DNA of 52,863 nt from a virus (lineage: Duplodnaviria > Caudoviricetes): the IMG/VR virus record IMGVR_UViG_3300006929_000021, positions 1 through 52,863 of that record. One strand, written 5' to 3'. The translations under genes were made by a program, and so were the position numbers. The notes below the pieces were generated by a model. That model made no database searches. It had not been told where the DNA came from and saw only the letters and a list, made by a program, of their open reading frames with translations. Shown here piece by piece: positions 9,597 to 17,283 of the stretch (position 1 is its first letter; each line of letters starts with the position of its first letter).

Positions 9597-9930
9597 GATG
9601 GGATGATGATCTCTCCTGCTAGTTCCGAGGGGTGAGGCTCACCATCTACCACGAGTGGAAAGGTCTGCCTACTAATAGAGAGGAGATCAACCCTTCAGCC
9701 TCGTGGCAGGAGCGAACGCTAGTTCACGGTTCGCCTGTAAGCACGAGCATGGCCTATCCGTGAGGACGGACGTTGGGTTGGTCTCTATTAGATCTTGGTC
9801 GACAGCAGGTTACCAATCGCCTAACAAGTTTTGTTGTACCGTGTGGTGGTCACGTTAAAACCCACCCAGGCGATCAGACCACAAGGGTCTGGCCTGTTAC
9901 CTTTGCGGGGACGAAAGGTCCCCGAAGGAG
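9597..9930 (+). ncRNA. putative structured 5' leader / ncRNA
   Basis: Several nested stems read by eye (9672-9693/9775-9791; CTCGTG..CACGAG; TCCGT-GAGG-ACGGA; ATCGCCT/AGGCGAT; CAGACC/GGTCTG; CGGGGAC-GAAAG-GTCCCCG next to the RBS). Confidence 0.55.
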
Positions 9931-9938
9931 TAGTAACC

Positions 9939-10973
9939 ATGGCTAATACAGCCAAAGTAGGGTCCATCAGTTTCGACAATTACGTTAAAACTGTGGGAAG
10001 AAGCGTTGGACAGGCCGCTGCGGTCGAGGCTAAAACCGAGACACAGGCGGGCCACGATAAGGATAAGACTGTTCTTGCTGCCTTGAAAGGGGCGAGATCG
10101 CTTTCGGCTAAGATAGCGAAAGATCCAGATCGGAAAAACGCAGGAATCAACAGAGCACTCTGTGATTTCTACGATATCCAACGTAACACTGCTAGGGAAA
10201 CTAGGTACGCTGACTACGATGAGGAGTTGAGGCTTCACAACCTCAGCATTCCTGAAGTAGTCGAGGAGTTTGTATCTGGCAACACCAACGTTCTTAGGGG
10301 TGAGCAAGTTTTCAACTTGGCTAACACAACTAAGAAGGTTGCATCGGAAGCTAGGTCTAATGCTCAGTCAGCTGTTGATAGTGACGAGAGTCCAGTGATC
10401 CACTTCCATGAAGATGCGAAGCAGCAGACCCTTACAACCTATACTAGATACACGCCAGCACCATTGGCGAGTAAGAAGGAGTATGGGGCCTCTGGGAGAA
10501 ACCGTGTAAACACATACGTCGACCTGTATACGATGTGTGGATTCTTTCTTGATCCTAAGAGAGACACGGATGAGGTTGATTTCCTACTGGAACAGCTTAA
10601 TCCTGCTCTGACTTCTAAGAAGTCGAACAAGATGTTGCCTGTATCAGACCGTATGCAGGTTCTTATGAACCGTATGCGTGAAGTCAAGATCACGAAGAGT
10701 ACTATGCCGATAGCCACAGTCCTTGACGGTGAAGGTCATCGACACGTGCAGAATGCATACGAGAATCTTTCAGATTCTCAGCTGAAAGCATTGGGATTAT
10801 CCGCAAAGGTAGAGGAGGTTCCTTTGAACCAACTCCATTCGGACTTCTTGCAGGAGAAGAAGGAGAAGGCTCAAAGGGTGAAGCTTCTAACTCGTAATAT
10901 CAAGGTACTTGATATTGAATGCGGGTTAGAGGAACTACACATAGTCAAAGCTAACAGATACGCAAAGGATTAA
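9939..10973 (+). CDS. hypothetical early protein (344 aa)
   Basis: Long ORF; the ATG at 9939 has an AAGGAG RBS and is preferred over the TTG at 9831; no recognisable motif. Confidence 0.8.
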   Translation: MANTAKVGSISFDNYVKTVGRSVGQAAAVEAKTETQAGHDKDKTVLAALKGARSLSAKIAKDPDRKNAGINRALCDFYDIQRNTARETRYADYDEELRLHNLSIPEVVEEFVSGNTNVLRGEQVFNLANTTKKVASEARSNAQSAVDSDESPVIHFHEDAKQQTLTTYTRYTPAPLASKKEYGASGRNRVNTYVDLYTMCGFFLDPKRDTDEVDFLLEQLNPALTSKKSNKMLPVSDRMQVLMNRMREVKITKSTMPIATVLDGEGHRHVQNAYENLSDSQLKALGLSAKVEEVPLNQLHSDFLQEKKEKAQRVKLLTRNIKVLDIECGLEELHIVKANRYAKD

Positions 10974-11012
10974 GTCATCCTGGGTTAGCGTAGACTAAAG
11001 TTCCCTTCAACC

Positions 11013-11044
11013 GAGGGAGTGGGGACTCACCGCCCTGCTCCCTC
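11013..11044 (+). other. strong intergenic hairpin
   Basis: GAGGGAGTGGGG-8 nt-CCCTGCTCCCTC just before an AAGGAG RBS; no U-tract. Confidence 0.6.
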
Positions 11045-11059
11045 ACAAAGGAGTTAGTT

Positions 11060-11266
11060 ATGGCTACTGCAAATATAGTCAAAGAGTGTCCTTGGTGTGA
11101 AACGTCACATGTTGTTTGTGGCATTCCCATGAAGGAGTTTATCGACTACAAAACTCGCCCAGAAGCACTCATACAGGATGTTCTTCCTAGTCTAAGTGCG
11201 GATGCTCGTGAGGTAGTTAAGACGGGTATATGTCCCCCGTGTTGGGAGGATCACTTCAATGCATGA
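11060..11266 (+). CDS. small zinc-finger protein
   Basis: CPWC and CPPCW motifs; LIQDVLPSLSADARE..KTGIC pattern; AAGGAG RBS. Confidence 0.75.
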   Translation: MATANIVKECPWCETSHVVCGIPMKEFIDYKTRPEALIQDVLPSLSADAREVVKTGICPPCWEDHFNA

Positions 11267-11429
11267 TTTGAAGCCCTCCCAAAAGGTAACCAAATTGTTT
11301 CTGGCCCATGGCCTCGTTATCAAACGCTTTGAGAGACAAGTGGTTGTCTACAGTATAAAATCTGAAAGCACTAACCTTCAGGTTTTCAAAACCGTTCAGG
11401 AAGCGAGGACTTCCTGCGGTATCCTTTAG
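11259..11429 (+). CDS. small hypothetical protein (56 aa, not in ORF track)
   Basis: Hand-translated MHDLKPSQK...TSCGIL*; GGGAGG RBS 9 nt upstream. Confidence 0.4.
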   Translation: MHDLKPSQKVTKLFLAHGLVIKRFERQVVVYSIKSESTNLQVFKTVQEARTSCGIL

Positions 11430-11491
11430 TACACTTTACATGCATCACCTGCTCGTCTCTACAACGAGTAGGTGCTGCCAAGGAGATTGGT

Positions 11492-11716
11492 ATGAGACCG
11501 AGACGTAAGAAACATCTAGAAGTAAGCAGGACACTCTTCACGGTATACAAAATGATCGTGTCCCTGGAGCCGATGCCCGAAGACGATCCGAGGCATCCAA
11601 ACGGCCATGCAATGCGGAGATTTAAAGTTGCAGAAGCGTTTGTCAAGCTTGCCTTAGACGTCAGGCGAGAAGAGATCATTAACGATCATAAGGCAATTGT
11701 CAGGGAGGGAACATAA
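11492..11716 (+). CDS. hypothetical protein
   Basis: 74 aa; AAGGAG RBS. Confidence 0.65.
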   Translation: MRPRRKKHLEVSRTLFTVYKMIVSLEPMPEDDPRHPNGHAMRRFKVAEAFVKLALDVRREEIINDHKAIVREGT

Positions 11717-11717
11717 A

Positions 11718-11999
11718 ATGAGACTATCAAAAAAGCAACAGATAGTATTCATCAAAGGTGTTACCCGTGCATTAGTAGAACAGTATACTAGCCTTGATAA
11801 TCCTGGGTTTTGTTACACCTGTGGAAAGGAAAGAGATGGCTGTGAACCAGATGCCATCAAGTATGAATGTCCAAGCTGTGGTGCATCTGCGGTATATGGA
11901 CTTATGTACGCAGCAGAACATCCAGTTATGCGTACAGAGGATGGTAAAAGACATCTCAATAAGGCGATAGACCTTTATGAGAAAGAAAGAAACAGATAG
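11718..11999 (+). CDS. zinc-ribbon protein
   Basis: GFCYTCG..GCEPDA..YECPSCG..VYG; ATG at 11718 with GGAGG RBS. Confidence 0.75.
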   Translation: MRLSKKQQIVFIKGVTRALVEQYTSLDNPGFCYTCGKERDGCEPDAIKYECPSCGASAVYGLMYAAEHPVMRTEDGKRHLNKAIDLYEKERNR

Positions 12000-12011
12000 G
12001 GTAACCTGACC

Positions 12012-12044
12012 GAGGTGCGTGGGTTCAACTCCCACCACCTCACA
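12012..12044 (+). ncRNA. tRNA/tmRNA-like acceptor + T-arm minihelix
   Basis: GAGGTG-C-GTGGG-TTCAACT-CCCAC-CACCTC-ACA: 6-bp stem stacked on a 5-bp T-stem with a 7-nt TTCAACT loop; no D or anticodon arm. Confidence 0.5.
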
Positions 12045-12157
12045 TACACGGTAACCTGCTGAACTGTACTAACCTAGAGTTCCTTTGGCACTTTAGGCAT
12101 CCTAAGACTAAGGGCCTCACGCATTAGTGATCGGGGGGGAGGAGTCTGATACTGTTG

Positions 12158-12235
12158 CCCCACCCCACACCCCCCACACCCCGCCACCCACCCCGCCCAA
12201 CCACCCACCCCACCCCACCCCAAAGCCCCGCCCCC
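12158..12235 (-). repeat. C-run tract (G-quadruplex potential on minus strand)
   Basis: More than 10 runs of 3-6 C separated mostly by short (1-5 nt) linkers. Confidence 0.7.
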
Positions 12236-12383
12236 TGGTTCGGTCGCCCGACAAGGGGAAAAATTTTCCCCCACTAGTGTATCTCTGTAGCTAGTATCTA
12301 TTTAGCTAGGGTACGGGTACGATCGGGTCGAGGGGTTGACAAAATACCACCCTAGAAACTGGTTCGGTCGTCTGGTTCGGTCG
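12235..12383 (+). repeat. three copies of CTGGTTCGGTCG
   Basis: Exact 12-mers at 12235, 12359 and 12372. Confidence 0.8.
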
Positions 12384-12462
12384 TCACCATGAGGTTCAGC
12401 TACAGGGGGAAAAATTTTCTCCCCTATTAAAACCCAGTTTAGCACTTAAACCTAATGGTAAG

Positions 12463-12936
12463 TTACGCCTCTGCTCCGAATAAGATACCCAGCTTCTCAA
12501 GCAACTCCTTCTCTACATCTTCGGGTGACCTATGCTCAAACGTGACATGGGTACTCTCGTCGAACAACCCACCCGTTTTACCTAGTAGCTCAAGTGCCCT
12601 CACTCTGGTCGCTGCTGGGTTCCTATCATTGATGGCCTCATCCTGCAACTTCTGCATAATCCAGTCGTTGCTTAGCTTTTGATGGGCCTTGTGTGCAGAC
12701 CTAGTCTGTACCTTCAGCGATTCAATTGCCTCTTTCACCTTCGGATTCTTTGCGAGTGCAGATGCTTCATTGTTCACGACGTTGTCGCTCATCTTCGCAG
12801 TGTTGTACGCCTTACGATAGGCCTCACTAAAGCTATCGCCTTCAGCTACAAAGCCTGCAAAAGCAGACTGTTTCGGGGTCATGGTATCGCCATTAGACAT
12901 AATAGATAGGGTACCATGACGAATTTCGTATGTCAA
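12463..12936 (-). CDS. terminase small subunit-like protein
   Basis: MTPKQSAFA..SEAYRKAY..ASALAKNPKV HTH-like N-terminus and RVRALELLGK motif; the start may be ATG 12900 or 12882. Confidence 0.75.
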   Translation of the reverse strand: MTYEIRHGTLSIMSNGDTMTPKQSAFAGFVAEGDSFSEAYRKAYNTAKMSDNVVNNEASALAKNPKVKEAIESLKVQTRSAHKAHQKLSNDWIMQKLQDEAINDRNPAATRVRALELLGKTGGLFDESTHVTFEHRSPEDVEKELLEKLGILFGAEA

Positions 12937-13102
12937 GGGAGAAAAATTTTCCCCTACGGCTGAACCTTAAGGGTAGCGTTCAGCACTTACATATAAAAGA
13001 GAAATTGGTTAAATTTATATATTGAGAAAAACACATTGGTCCCATACCAAGAGGGGGAAAAATTTTCCCCCAAGAGGGAACCTAGCTGAGAGGAGATAGC
13101 CA

Positions 13103-13381
13103 ATGGCTACCGAAAGCAGGGAAAAGGTTAAGAGGTATATCAAAACTATGGGCTACTTACGGAAGGTTCACTCCGTATACTACTGGAAAGCCTATTACGA
13201 AGCCACTAGTCTAGCCCAAGCATACAATATGCTCAGACAGTTGGACCCAAGAGTAACCAAGCCATTCATACCCAACAAGGCTACTCAAGCGAAGTTTATT
13301 GAGACCACCAGTGCCTACACACTAAATCGTACTCGCCCCAACCGAATAGTTAAGGGGAAGAAGGGGTACTGGTATGCCTAA
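13103..13381 (+). CDS. hypothetical protein
   Basis: 92 aa; GAGGAG RBS. Confidence 0.7.
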   Translation: MATESREKVKRYIKTMGYLRKVHSVYYWKAYYEATSLAQAYNMLRQLDPRVTKPFIPNKATQAKFIETTSAYTLNRTRPNRIVKGKKGYWYA

Positions 13382-13559
13382 ACCAACGAGCAAGCGAGGA
13401 TGGAGACAGGTGCTAACGTTGCGTTATTTCAAGGTTGATGCACGTGACTGGCAAGACATTCCCAGGAAGCCATTTGTAGATGTAGAGTTACAAGAGGTGG
13501 GTTGGGAAGCAGTGGAGTACAGAAGGAAGTTTGGTTGGAGGACAATGGAGGGACACTAG
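13374..13559 (+). CDS. hypothetical protein
   Basis: 61 aa; overlaps the upstream stop; AGGGG RBS. Confidence 0.55.
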   Translation: MPKPTSKRGWRQVLTLRYFKVDARDWQDIPRKPFVDVELQEVGWEAVEYRRKFGWRTMEGH

Positions 13560-13606
13560 TCAGGGGGAAAAATTTTCCCCCAAGTTTTATTTTAACGGAG
13601 GTAGTT

Positions 13607-13822
13607 ATGAGAGTAATCAGGAAGGTAAGGGGTCGGGTTGTATCTGATCACACGTACCACAACATGATTGTAAATGCACCACGATTCGTGGATGCGAAAC
13701 CACCACCATCACACACTGAGCGTAAGCGTATAGCTGAAGCTAAGAAACAGCCCAAGCAAAAGCTAACCCAGCAAGACAAAAATAAATTGCAAGCATGGAC
13801 ACAGCAGAGGAGGTCTGTATGA
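13607..13822 (+). CDS. hypothetical protein
   Basis: ATG at 13607 with GGAGGT RBS (shorter than the track ORF starting at 13502). Confidence 0.65.
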   Translation: MRVIRKVRGRVVSDHTYHNMIVNAPRFVDAKPPPSHTERKRIAEAKKQPKQKLTQQDKNKLQAWTQQRRSV

Positions 13823-14082
13823 GTTACAAACCAGCAGATGGTTACCCAGTTAACAGGCCATATATCGCAGATGGTTTGCATTATTCCACGCTAGGAAAAG
13901 AAGTCAAGTTCTATTCCAAAGACAACTATGGAACGACGCATTACTATCCAGCGAATGAGCTTGGTCACTTGATCATGTTCATAGCAAACACCAGGACCTT
14001 ATCACCCGACTTGATAAGAAGGCTGAAAGAATCGTATGCAATAGAGTTCACCGAAGTACTAAACCCCAACAGAGAGAGGTGA
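13819..14082 (+). CDS. hypothetical protein
   Basis: ATG at 13819 with AGGAGG RBS; ATGA overlap with the upstream gene. Confidence 0.7.
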   Translation: MSYKPADGYPVNRPYIADGLHYSTLGKEVKFYSKDNYGTTHYYPANELGHLIMFIANTRTLSPDLIRRLKESYAIEFTEVLNPNRER

Positions 14083-14415
14083 GTGATGAAACAGTTTAGG
14101 GAGAGGTTTGATCGTGAGATCAATGACAGGTTAGAAGATTACAGGCCAAGCGAAATCATTATGCACAGTGATAAAGATCCATTTATCAGAAACCTGAACG
14201 AGTTGATAGAGTTGCTTCTAGTCTTGGTTAAAGAGCATCCAGAAGCAGGGAATGTGGGGGTGCAGGTATTGGAAGAGTGGGAAGCTTGCGATGAGTGTAG
14301 TGACCAGCAGTTAGCTAACCACTGTGTGGATTTCAAAACACAGATTATATACAACCCAACTGGTAGCCATGGGCATGAGCGAAGTGGTTGCGTAATCATT
14401 AGAGGAGGTGAGTGA
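14083..14415 (+). CDS. hypothetical protein
   Basis: 110 aa; GAGGT RBS; contains CDEC. Confidence 0.65.
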   Translation: MMKQFRERFDREINDRLEDYRPSEIIMHSDKDPFIRNLNELIELLLVLVKEHPEAGNVGVQVLEEWEACDECSDQQLANHCVDFKTQIIYNPTGSHGHERSGCVIIRGGE

Positions 14416-14681
14416 TGAAACTGTCAGTAGAGGTGAGCTTTAACTACAAGATTAAGGTGCCAAGTGAGTGGCGTAATGAGTGGCCTTGCTCCAGGCTTGC
14501 AGGTAAAGAGATCAACGTGACATTAAATAATCTTGGAGAGGTGGAAGACTGGTTCATTGCTGATGGACCCTTCTATCCATCCATTGGAGTCGATGTAGAG
14601 GGTGCAGAGTTGGATGCAGTGTTGGAGAAATTTTCCCCCGAAGATGTAAAGAGACAGGTGAATCTTACTACAGAAGCGTGA
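14412..14681 (+). CDS. hypothetical protein
   Basis: 89 aa; GGAGGT RBS; coupled to the upstream gene. Confidence 0.65.
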   Translation: MMKLSVEVSFNYKIKVPSEWRNEWPCSRLAGKEINVTLNNLGEVEDWFIADGPFYPSIGVDVEGAELDAVLEKFSPEDVKRQVNLTTEA

Positions 14682-14753
14682 ATAAGAATTTTAATTAAAT
14701 ATATTTTTATTGCTTTTCAGGCAGGAAAAATTCTTTTACCGAGAGGAGGAAGT

Positions 14754-15041
14754 ATGAGTGTGCCAAAGCAGTATCACTACGAAATGAAATTAAGTCACAG
14801 TGTATTAATTGAAGTGAAGCCAAATGAAGAGATTGCAGAGTTGTACTTTGATGCCGTTGACTTAAAGAAAACGATTGATGGCTACGATGCCGATGACTAC
14901 CCCGATGACATGAGGCTACGTGACACACCAAAATGTGGGGAAAACTTGAAGAATGCAATGACAACAGCAGGTGATTTGATTGATAACATTTTGCACATAG
15001 TTACAAGACTAGACGACCGATGCCCAAAGGAGGGAGCATGA
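14754..15041 (+). CDS. hypothetical protein
   Basis: 95 aa; AGGAGG RBS. Confidence 0.7.
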   Translation: MSVPKQYHYEMKLSHSVLIEVKPNEEIAELYFDAVDLKKTIDGYDADDYPDDMRLRDTPKCGENLKNAMTTAGDLIDNILHIVTRLDDRCPKEGA

Positions 15042-15139
15042 ATAAGAATTTTAATTAAATATATTTTTATCCTAGCAGCCAGCCGCAGGAAGTGCAAATT
15101 CTGGGGAAAAATTTTCCCCCTAAAAAAGAGAGGTAAATT

Positions 15140-15631
15140 ATGGGTTATGATTTATACAAAGTAAAGAATGGAGAGGTAGTCGATGTTGATTGGAGTAACA
15201 TAAAAAGAGGAGAATACTTTAGGGAAAGTGTTTGGGGTTGGAAGCCCTTGTGGCAATTCATATGTCTGTGTGTAGGGTCAGGAATACTCACAGAAGAGGA
15301 TCAACAACAGGGTTGGTATAATAGTTGCCACTATATCGACGGAGCGAAGGCTCTCAAATTAGCAGATGTTCTTAGGGAAATAATAAAGGATGGATCACAC
15401 ATTGATTACGTCAGTAAAAGAAACGAAAGGCTAGATGATTTGCCACTTGAGGACTGCGATCTGTGCAATGCGACAGGCTTTAGGTATGATGAACACGTGA
15501 ATGGTGAGTGCAATGGGTGTCATGGCGAGGGAAAGAAGAAATCATTTGAAACCTACTACAGATTAGATGTTGAATCTATAGAACAATTCGAAGATTTCTG
15601 CCGACATAGTGGGGGTTTTGAGATTCATTAA
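15140..15631 (+). CDS. conserved phage protein with DnaJ-type Zn-finger insert
   Basis: MGYDLY..YFRESVWGWKPLW..CDLCNATG..CNGCHGEG..SGGFEI. Confidence 0.75.
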   Translation: MGYDLYKVKNGEVVDVDWSNIKRGEYFRESVWGWKPLWQFICLCVGSGILTEEDQQQGWYNSCHYIDGAKALKLADVLREIIKDGSHIDYVSKRNERLDDLPLEDCDLCNATGFRYDEHVNGECNGCHGEGKKKSFETYYRLDVESIEQFEDFCRHSGGFEIH

Positions 15632-15697
15632 ACTTTTAATTAAATATATTTTTAACCACGAGCAGGATAGAACTTATCACGAGGGAGTTATAAACAA

Positions 15698-15916
15698 ATG
15701 CATTGGAACGACAGAAAAAAATACGTCTCAGAAAAACTAAAGGAAACAGTCTGGCATCTTACCAACATACGACACGACCTAGATGGGTCACGTAAAAAAT
15801 GTGAGTGCTGTGACGATATGAAATGGAGGAATGAGCGAGAAGGTAGGTTGAAGATGGAGTTAGGTGGATTGATCAAGAAGGCACAAAGGTTGGAGAGTAG
15901 AATAGATAAGATGTAA
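15698..15916 (+). CDS. hypothetical protein
   Basis: 72 aa with CECC; GGGAG RBS. Confidence 0.65.
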   Translation: MHWNDRKKYVSEKLKETVWHLTNIRHDLDGSRKKCECCDDMKWRNEREGRLKMELGGLIKKAQRLESRIDKM

Positions 15917-16082
15917 TAAGCTATAATATATAGGTCAACAATTAACAGATCCTTGGGAAAGGTGGATCAGGAGTGTACAAAAAATAAAAAATTAATTAAA
16001 TTTAAGTATAAGTTTTAGGAGGAGGAACCAAGTAGTTTTTTTTCAAGGGGAAAAATTTTCCCCCTAAAGAGAGGAGGTCAAC

Positions 16083-17249
16083 ATGGCCAAAAGTAACAGG
16101 GAACACGAAGGGTTCCAGATTACAGTCAGCTTATCCGAAGCTGAACCGATGATTCAACAATGCTTTGATCTAGGTCTGCCTGTTGTACTAGCAGGGCCAC
16201 CTGCTATGGGCAAGACTGACCTAATGAGAAGGATGCTCACTAAGGTTCTGCCTGAGTCTAGGGGTATTGATCCATCAAGCATTGTACATACTAGAGGTGG
16301 TGCTAGGCCCAAGAAAGGTCAAGCGTGCTACATTGAGTTTAATGGGAACAACATGGACCCAGAAGACTGGGTGTATCCAGCTTTTATGGATGGTGGGTTG
16401 GCACACCAAGTGACAACTAGCTTACCATGTTCGGATAAGACATGGCTACCACCTAAAGATCTAGGTCTCATCCTTGTAGGTCTTGAAGAGATAGGTAAAA
16501 AGCCAGAGAACATGAAATACTACTCGCAATTAAAAAATGAGAGAGCATTAGGTTCTAATTACGAGGTGCCTACCCAAACGTATTTCATGTCTACGACCAA
16601 CAACTCTGATGATAACACAGGGTCATTTCATATGACATCTGATTTCATCAGTAGGGTAGTGATACTGCAAATAAGAAATAGTGCAGAGGATTTTCTCAAC
16701 TACCACAGAGGTGAGCTACATCCACTGATTGTGTCGTGCATAAAATTTAGTCCCGATAAATTTCTTTTTACCCAGAAAGATGCCGACATAGGTAAGCCGT
16801 TCGCAGGGCCACGTACCATTTGGAGATTAAACAATATGCTGAACAGCGGATTGGATCTAGACTTCAAGCCTAACGAGGCGTTGATCTATGGAATGGTGGG
16901 GACAGGTGCGACATCACAATTGTACACGATGTACAGATGTTTCATTAATCTCAGCAACCTAGATAAGTGGATCGAAGATCCGCAAGATCACATGGATGAG
17001 ATCAGAGAGTTGGTTGGATTCAACACAGCAGGGCTGAAAACTCAGTACGCAATGGTTGCTATGCTGATGAAGAAAGTTGAGAAAGATCCAACTGTAGTAA
17101 ACAAAGTGTTCCCATTCTTGGAACTCTTTGACAACGAGGAGTTGGAGGTAACCTTTGGCCACATGGCAAGCGTTGCAAATCCAGACACAACTAAGGAGCC
17201 AGAGTACGTGAAGCACGTGGCTAAGCACGCCAACAACTTCTATTTCTAA
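16083..17249 (+). CDS. MoxR/CbbQ-like AAA+ ATPase
   Basis: Walker A GPPAMGKT, Walker B variant LVGLEEI, sensor-1 TTN, Arg finger FISRV, sensor-2 GPRT. Confidence 0.85.
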   Translation: MAKSNREHEGFQITVSLSEAEPMIQQCFDLGLPVVLAGPPAMGKTDLMRRMLTKVLPESRGIDPSSIVHTRGGARPKKGQACYIEFNGNNMDPEDWVYPAFMDGGLAHQVTTSLPCSDKTWLPPKDLGLILVGLEEIGKKPENMKYYSQLKNERALGSNYEVPTQTYFMSTTNNSDDNTGSFHMTSDFISRVVILQIRNSAEDFLNYHRGELHPLIVSCIKFSPDKFLFTQKDADIGKPFAGPRTIWRLNNMLNSGLDLDFKPNEALIYGMVGTGATSQLYTMYRCFINLSNLDKWIEDPQDHMDEIRELVGFNTAGLKTQYAMVAMLMKKVEKDPTVVNKVFPFLELFDNEELEVTFGHMASVANPDTTKEPEYVKHVAKHANNFYF

Positions 17250-17283
17250 CCAAGGGGAAAAATTTTCCCCCTAAAAAAGAGAG

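Larger units (their letters stand above)
14679..15654 (+). repeat. AT-rich repeat family B, forward copies
   Basis: Identical 32-mer TGAATAAGAATTTTAATTAAATATATTTTTAT at 14679 and 15039; 21-nt core again at 15634. Confidence 0.8.
12255..17270. promoter_or_regulatory. dispersed palindrome GGGGAAAA-A-TTTTCCCC (putative operator family)
   Basis: Copies at 12255, 12405, 12937, 13053, 13563, 15103, 16047 and 17254, plus a degenerate copy at 14624; mostly intergenic and just upstream of RBSs. Confidence 0.8.

Noticed and set aside
12012-12044. Complete tRNA gene or functional attP
   Set aside because: No D or anticodon arm, and no integrase in the window
12074-12274. 66-aa Gly/Trp-rich ORF
   Set aside because: It is simply the translation of the G-run tract
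13502-13606. Upstream extension or slippery-site frameshift through GGGGGAAAAATTTT
   Set aside because: The strong RBS and ATG at 13607 explain the gene, and other copies of the motif are intergenic
12255-17270. Palindrome copies as a CRISPR array
   Set aside because: Spacing is irregular (about 100-1500 nt), whole genes lie between copies, and there are no cas genes
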